A stretch of DNA of 46,937 nt from Myxococcota bacterium (GTDB taxonomy: Bacteria; Myxococcota; UBA4151): the NCBI GenBank assembly GCA_040260805.1, contig JBDQPD010000011.1:1-46937 (forward strand). The letters are read 5' to 3'. The notes beneath the pieces were generated by a model. It was not told the origin of the DNA. It worked only from the letters and a program-made list of their open reading frames with translations, and ran no database searches. Shown one piece after another: positions 44,998 to 46,937 of the stretch (positions are counted from its first letter, which is position 1; every line of letters starts with the position of its first letter). The position numbers and the translations under genes were made by a program.

Positions 44998-46379
44998 CAG
45001 GTGTCCTCGCTCGCTTGTTGAGTTGACGCCAAACGGCGTAAAAACCAGCCCCCAGCGAGCGCAAGGGCGATGGCAGGAACCCACCCCCCCGTGAGCATCG
45101 CCACCGTGATGCTGCGCGAGCTCAAGAAGAACACCTGCAAGCAAACAATCGCGTGCAAGGTCACCTTAAACGCATCCTTTGACCCATAGCTAATCGCCAA
45201 CTCACTCAAGGCGACGAAGGCGCCAACAAAGAGCGGCCCCGAAACCAGACCAATGTATGAAAAGTTAGCCCACATGGTGCCAATAAAGGATGCGTTGGAG
45301 AGGCCGGTTTCGATGCCATCAGGATGAATGATGTGAAAAATATAGTTGGCGATCGGGAACGGTGCGCTGTCATCCAACGAACGAGCTAATAAATTGATCG
45401 AGCGGCCGTTCAAGAAGGGGTGCTCTGCGTCAAAGGCTTCGAAGTAAAAGACCAAAGCCTCGGCCGGGACAAAGAAGAGCCTTCTCATCAAGCCCATCAT
45501 CGTTGCTACGGGTCCTGCGTCAGAGATCATCGATACCAGGACGGCAGGGATCATAAGGACCACCAGCCCGCCGAAGAACATCGTCAAGACCGGCACCCGT
45601 ACCCCTCGGACTGCGAAGTACACAATGAACAACATACCGATCAGCATCGCAGCAGGCGCTTTAGCGAGCGTAAAAGTCGCATAGGCGAGTGCAGCACCGA
45701 GCGTCGGAATAAAAATCAGTTTCCAGCGCCATCCCTGAATCAAAATGGCGCGACTCGCCGCCCAGAGCACGGCGAAGGGAAAGAGCACGGACATCAACCA
45801 ACTCAGCAGGTATTTGATACCGGGCAAAGGCAGGGTTTTGAAGCTCGCCTCACGCATCAACGCAAGCTCCATAGATGATGCACCTGCAATCAATGCTTTG
45901 AGCGGATTGACGGGAGCGACCGAGACGTGAAGCCCCGCCAGGCCGATGCAAAGGCCTATTAAAGCGAGCCAAAGCGTCACCCCCACTCTACCCTGTAAAG
46001 GGTCGGTTGGTGCTTCAAAGTAGTCGCTAAATTGCGCTCGCGGCACACCGACTCCGCGCATGACAACCCACCAACCTATGATTGATAAAGGGATCACGCC
46101 CAGGACCGCAGGAAAGAAAGCAGCTCCGCCAATCTCAGGGAATGCCATTCGAATGTGCAAAGAAGGCAGCACAATCATCAAGGTATGCGTCGTCAAAAAC
46201 ACGCTCATCGGTGCAAATCGAGTGAGCGAAAAAGATGCAGGATAACGAACCGCGACCAAGACCCAGGCTAGAAAACCAATGCTCGCTAAGAGCAGCTCAA
46301 AGCCAATCGGTCGCAGCCAAGGGATCAAGATGCCAAAGGCGCTGCCCAAACTCAGGATGAGTGGAATGAGCCAGCTCAA
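44997..46379 (-). CDS. oligosaccharide repeat-unit polymerase (Wzy-like)
   Basis: About 11-12 TM segments with RLFFVPAE..FYFEAF..PFLNG and SNASFIGTMWANF.Y.G patterns. Lies between flippase- and ligase-like genes. Confidence 0.65.
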   Translation of the reverse strand: MSWLIPLILSLGSAFGILIPWLRPIGFELLLASIGFLAWVLVAVRYPASFSLTRFAPMSVFLTTHTLMIVLPSLHIRMAFPEIGGAAFFPAVLGVIPLSIIGWWVVMRGVGVPRAQFSDYFEAPTDPLQGRVGVTLWLALIGLCIGLAGLHVSVAPVNPLKALIAGASSMELALMREASFKTLPLPGIKYLLSWLMSVLFPFAVLWAASRAILIQGWRWKLIFIPTLGAALAYATFTLAKAPAAMLIGMLFIVYFAVRGVRVPVLTMFFGGLVVLMIPAVLVSMISDAGPVATMMGLMRRLFFVPAEALVFYFEAFDAEHPFLNGRSINLLARSLDDSAPFPIANYIFHIIHPDGIETGLSNASFIGTMWANFSYIGLVSGPLFVGAFVALSELAISYGSKDAFKVTLHAIVCLQVFFLSSRSITVAMLTGGWVPAIALALAGGWFLRRLASTQQASEDT

Positions 46380-46937
46380 CTTTTAAGCCTCTCAAGCGCG
46401 TTCAGGACTCCAGCGATGACCGGCGATTCAGTGCGCTTGAGCACGACCAGGTGGAGCATCACAGCAACCAGCCAGACAACGAAGGCTAAGCCGTTCAAAT
46501 CCAAAGCCAGTGCGCAGATTGCGCCCAAGGCTAAGGGTAGCGTCTGAATCATCACCCGACCGACGGGAACCACTAGCTTGAGTTGATGAATCCTAAAGCA
46601 AAGGATCCCGGCGACGATTCCAGCGATGGTATGCGCGGCAAAGAAGGCAAGCCCAAGCATCCAAACCGTTCGACCTTGATCAGCCTGCCAAACGATTCCC
46701 GAGGCGACCAAGAGTCCTGCGACTTGCGCGGTCACGGCATGAGGGACGATGGCTCGAGCGTCGAGGGCTGGTCGCATAAACAGAAACATTGAGACCGCAG
46801 GGATACTGACAACCATCCAAAGACCGGCGAGGGTAAAGCTCGGCAAACGAAAGCCAAGCCAGAGCTCGAGTAAGGGCTCAAGGAACAACACCAAGGTCAG
46901 GGTTACCGGCCATTGGAGCTCCCATATCGAGCGCAGG
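46376..46937 (-). CDS. Wzx/MATE-like flippase, C-terminal part (truncated by window edge)
   Basis: The frame is open to the window end and multi-TM, with an EPLLELWLG segment typical of polysaccharide flippases. ATGA-type overlap with the wzy-like gene. Confidence 0.6.
   Translation of the reverse strand, partial: LRSIWELQWPVTLTLVLFLEPLLELWLGFRLPSFTLAGLWMVVSIPAVSMFLFMRPALDARAIVPHAVTAQVAGLLVASGIVWQADQGRTVWMLGLAFFAAHTIAGIVAGILCFRIHQLKLVVPVGRVMIQTLPLALGAICALALDLNGLAFVVWLVAVMLHLVVLKRTESPVIAGVLNALERLKS

Noticed and set aside
1..46937. tRNA, rRNA, CRISPR, transposase, integrase or defence genes
   Set aside because: Intergenic gaps are short and none shows a cloverleaf or repeat-spacer pattern. 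No ORF carries recombinase, nuclease or RT motifs that I can recognise.

Overview
A 46.9 kb, very gene-dense bacterial chromosomal segment. The Cys-rich lipoproteins, PEGA/Kelch proteins, DAG-repeat linkers and wHTH-J-TPR protein suggest a Myxococcota/deltaproteobacterial-type organism (inference). In order: a minus-strand chain of two lipoproteins, argB-argD-argF, a J-domain/TPR protein and an Hsp70 paralog truncated by the window edge; a helical-tail protein plus lipoprotein pair; gltX, rpsP-rimM-trmD and an EamA transporter; a tetraheme cytochrome c; coaE-engB; a four-gene secreted/PEGA/Kelch-lipoprotein operon; a degenerate SDR; a complete ccmABCDEFGHI operon, including a ccmD missing from the ORF track; a MaoC pair, SDR and acyl-CoA synthetase; and a large surface-glycan locus (wbpB/D/E-like, wlb-like order, Wzx/Wzy/WaaL, AsnB-like) interrupted by a lipoprotein GH1. 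I saw no rRNA, tRNA, CRISPR array or mobile element. The best candidates for undescribed biology are the repeated 'Gly-rich helical-tail protein coupled to a lipoprotein' modules, the dedicated J/Hsp70 pair, a catalytically dead SDR before ccm, and an apparent frameshift at the 3' end of the O-antigen ligase. All calls come from motif reading by eye; no database searches were run.
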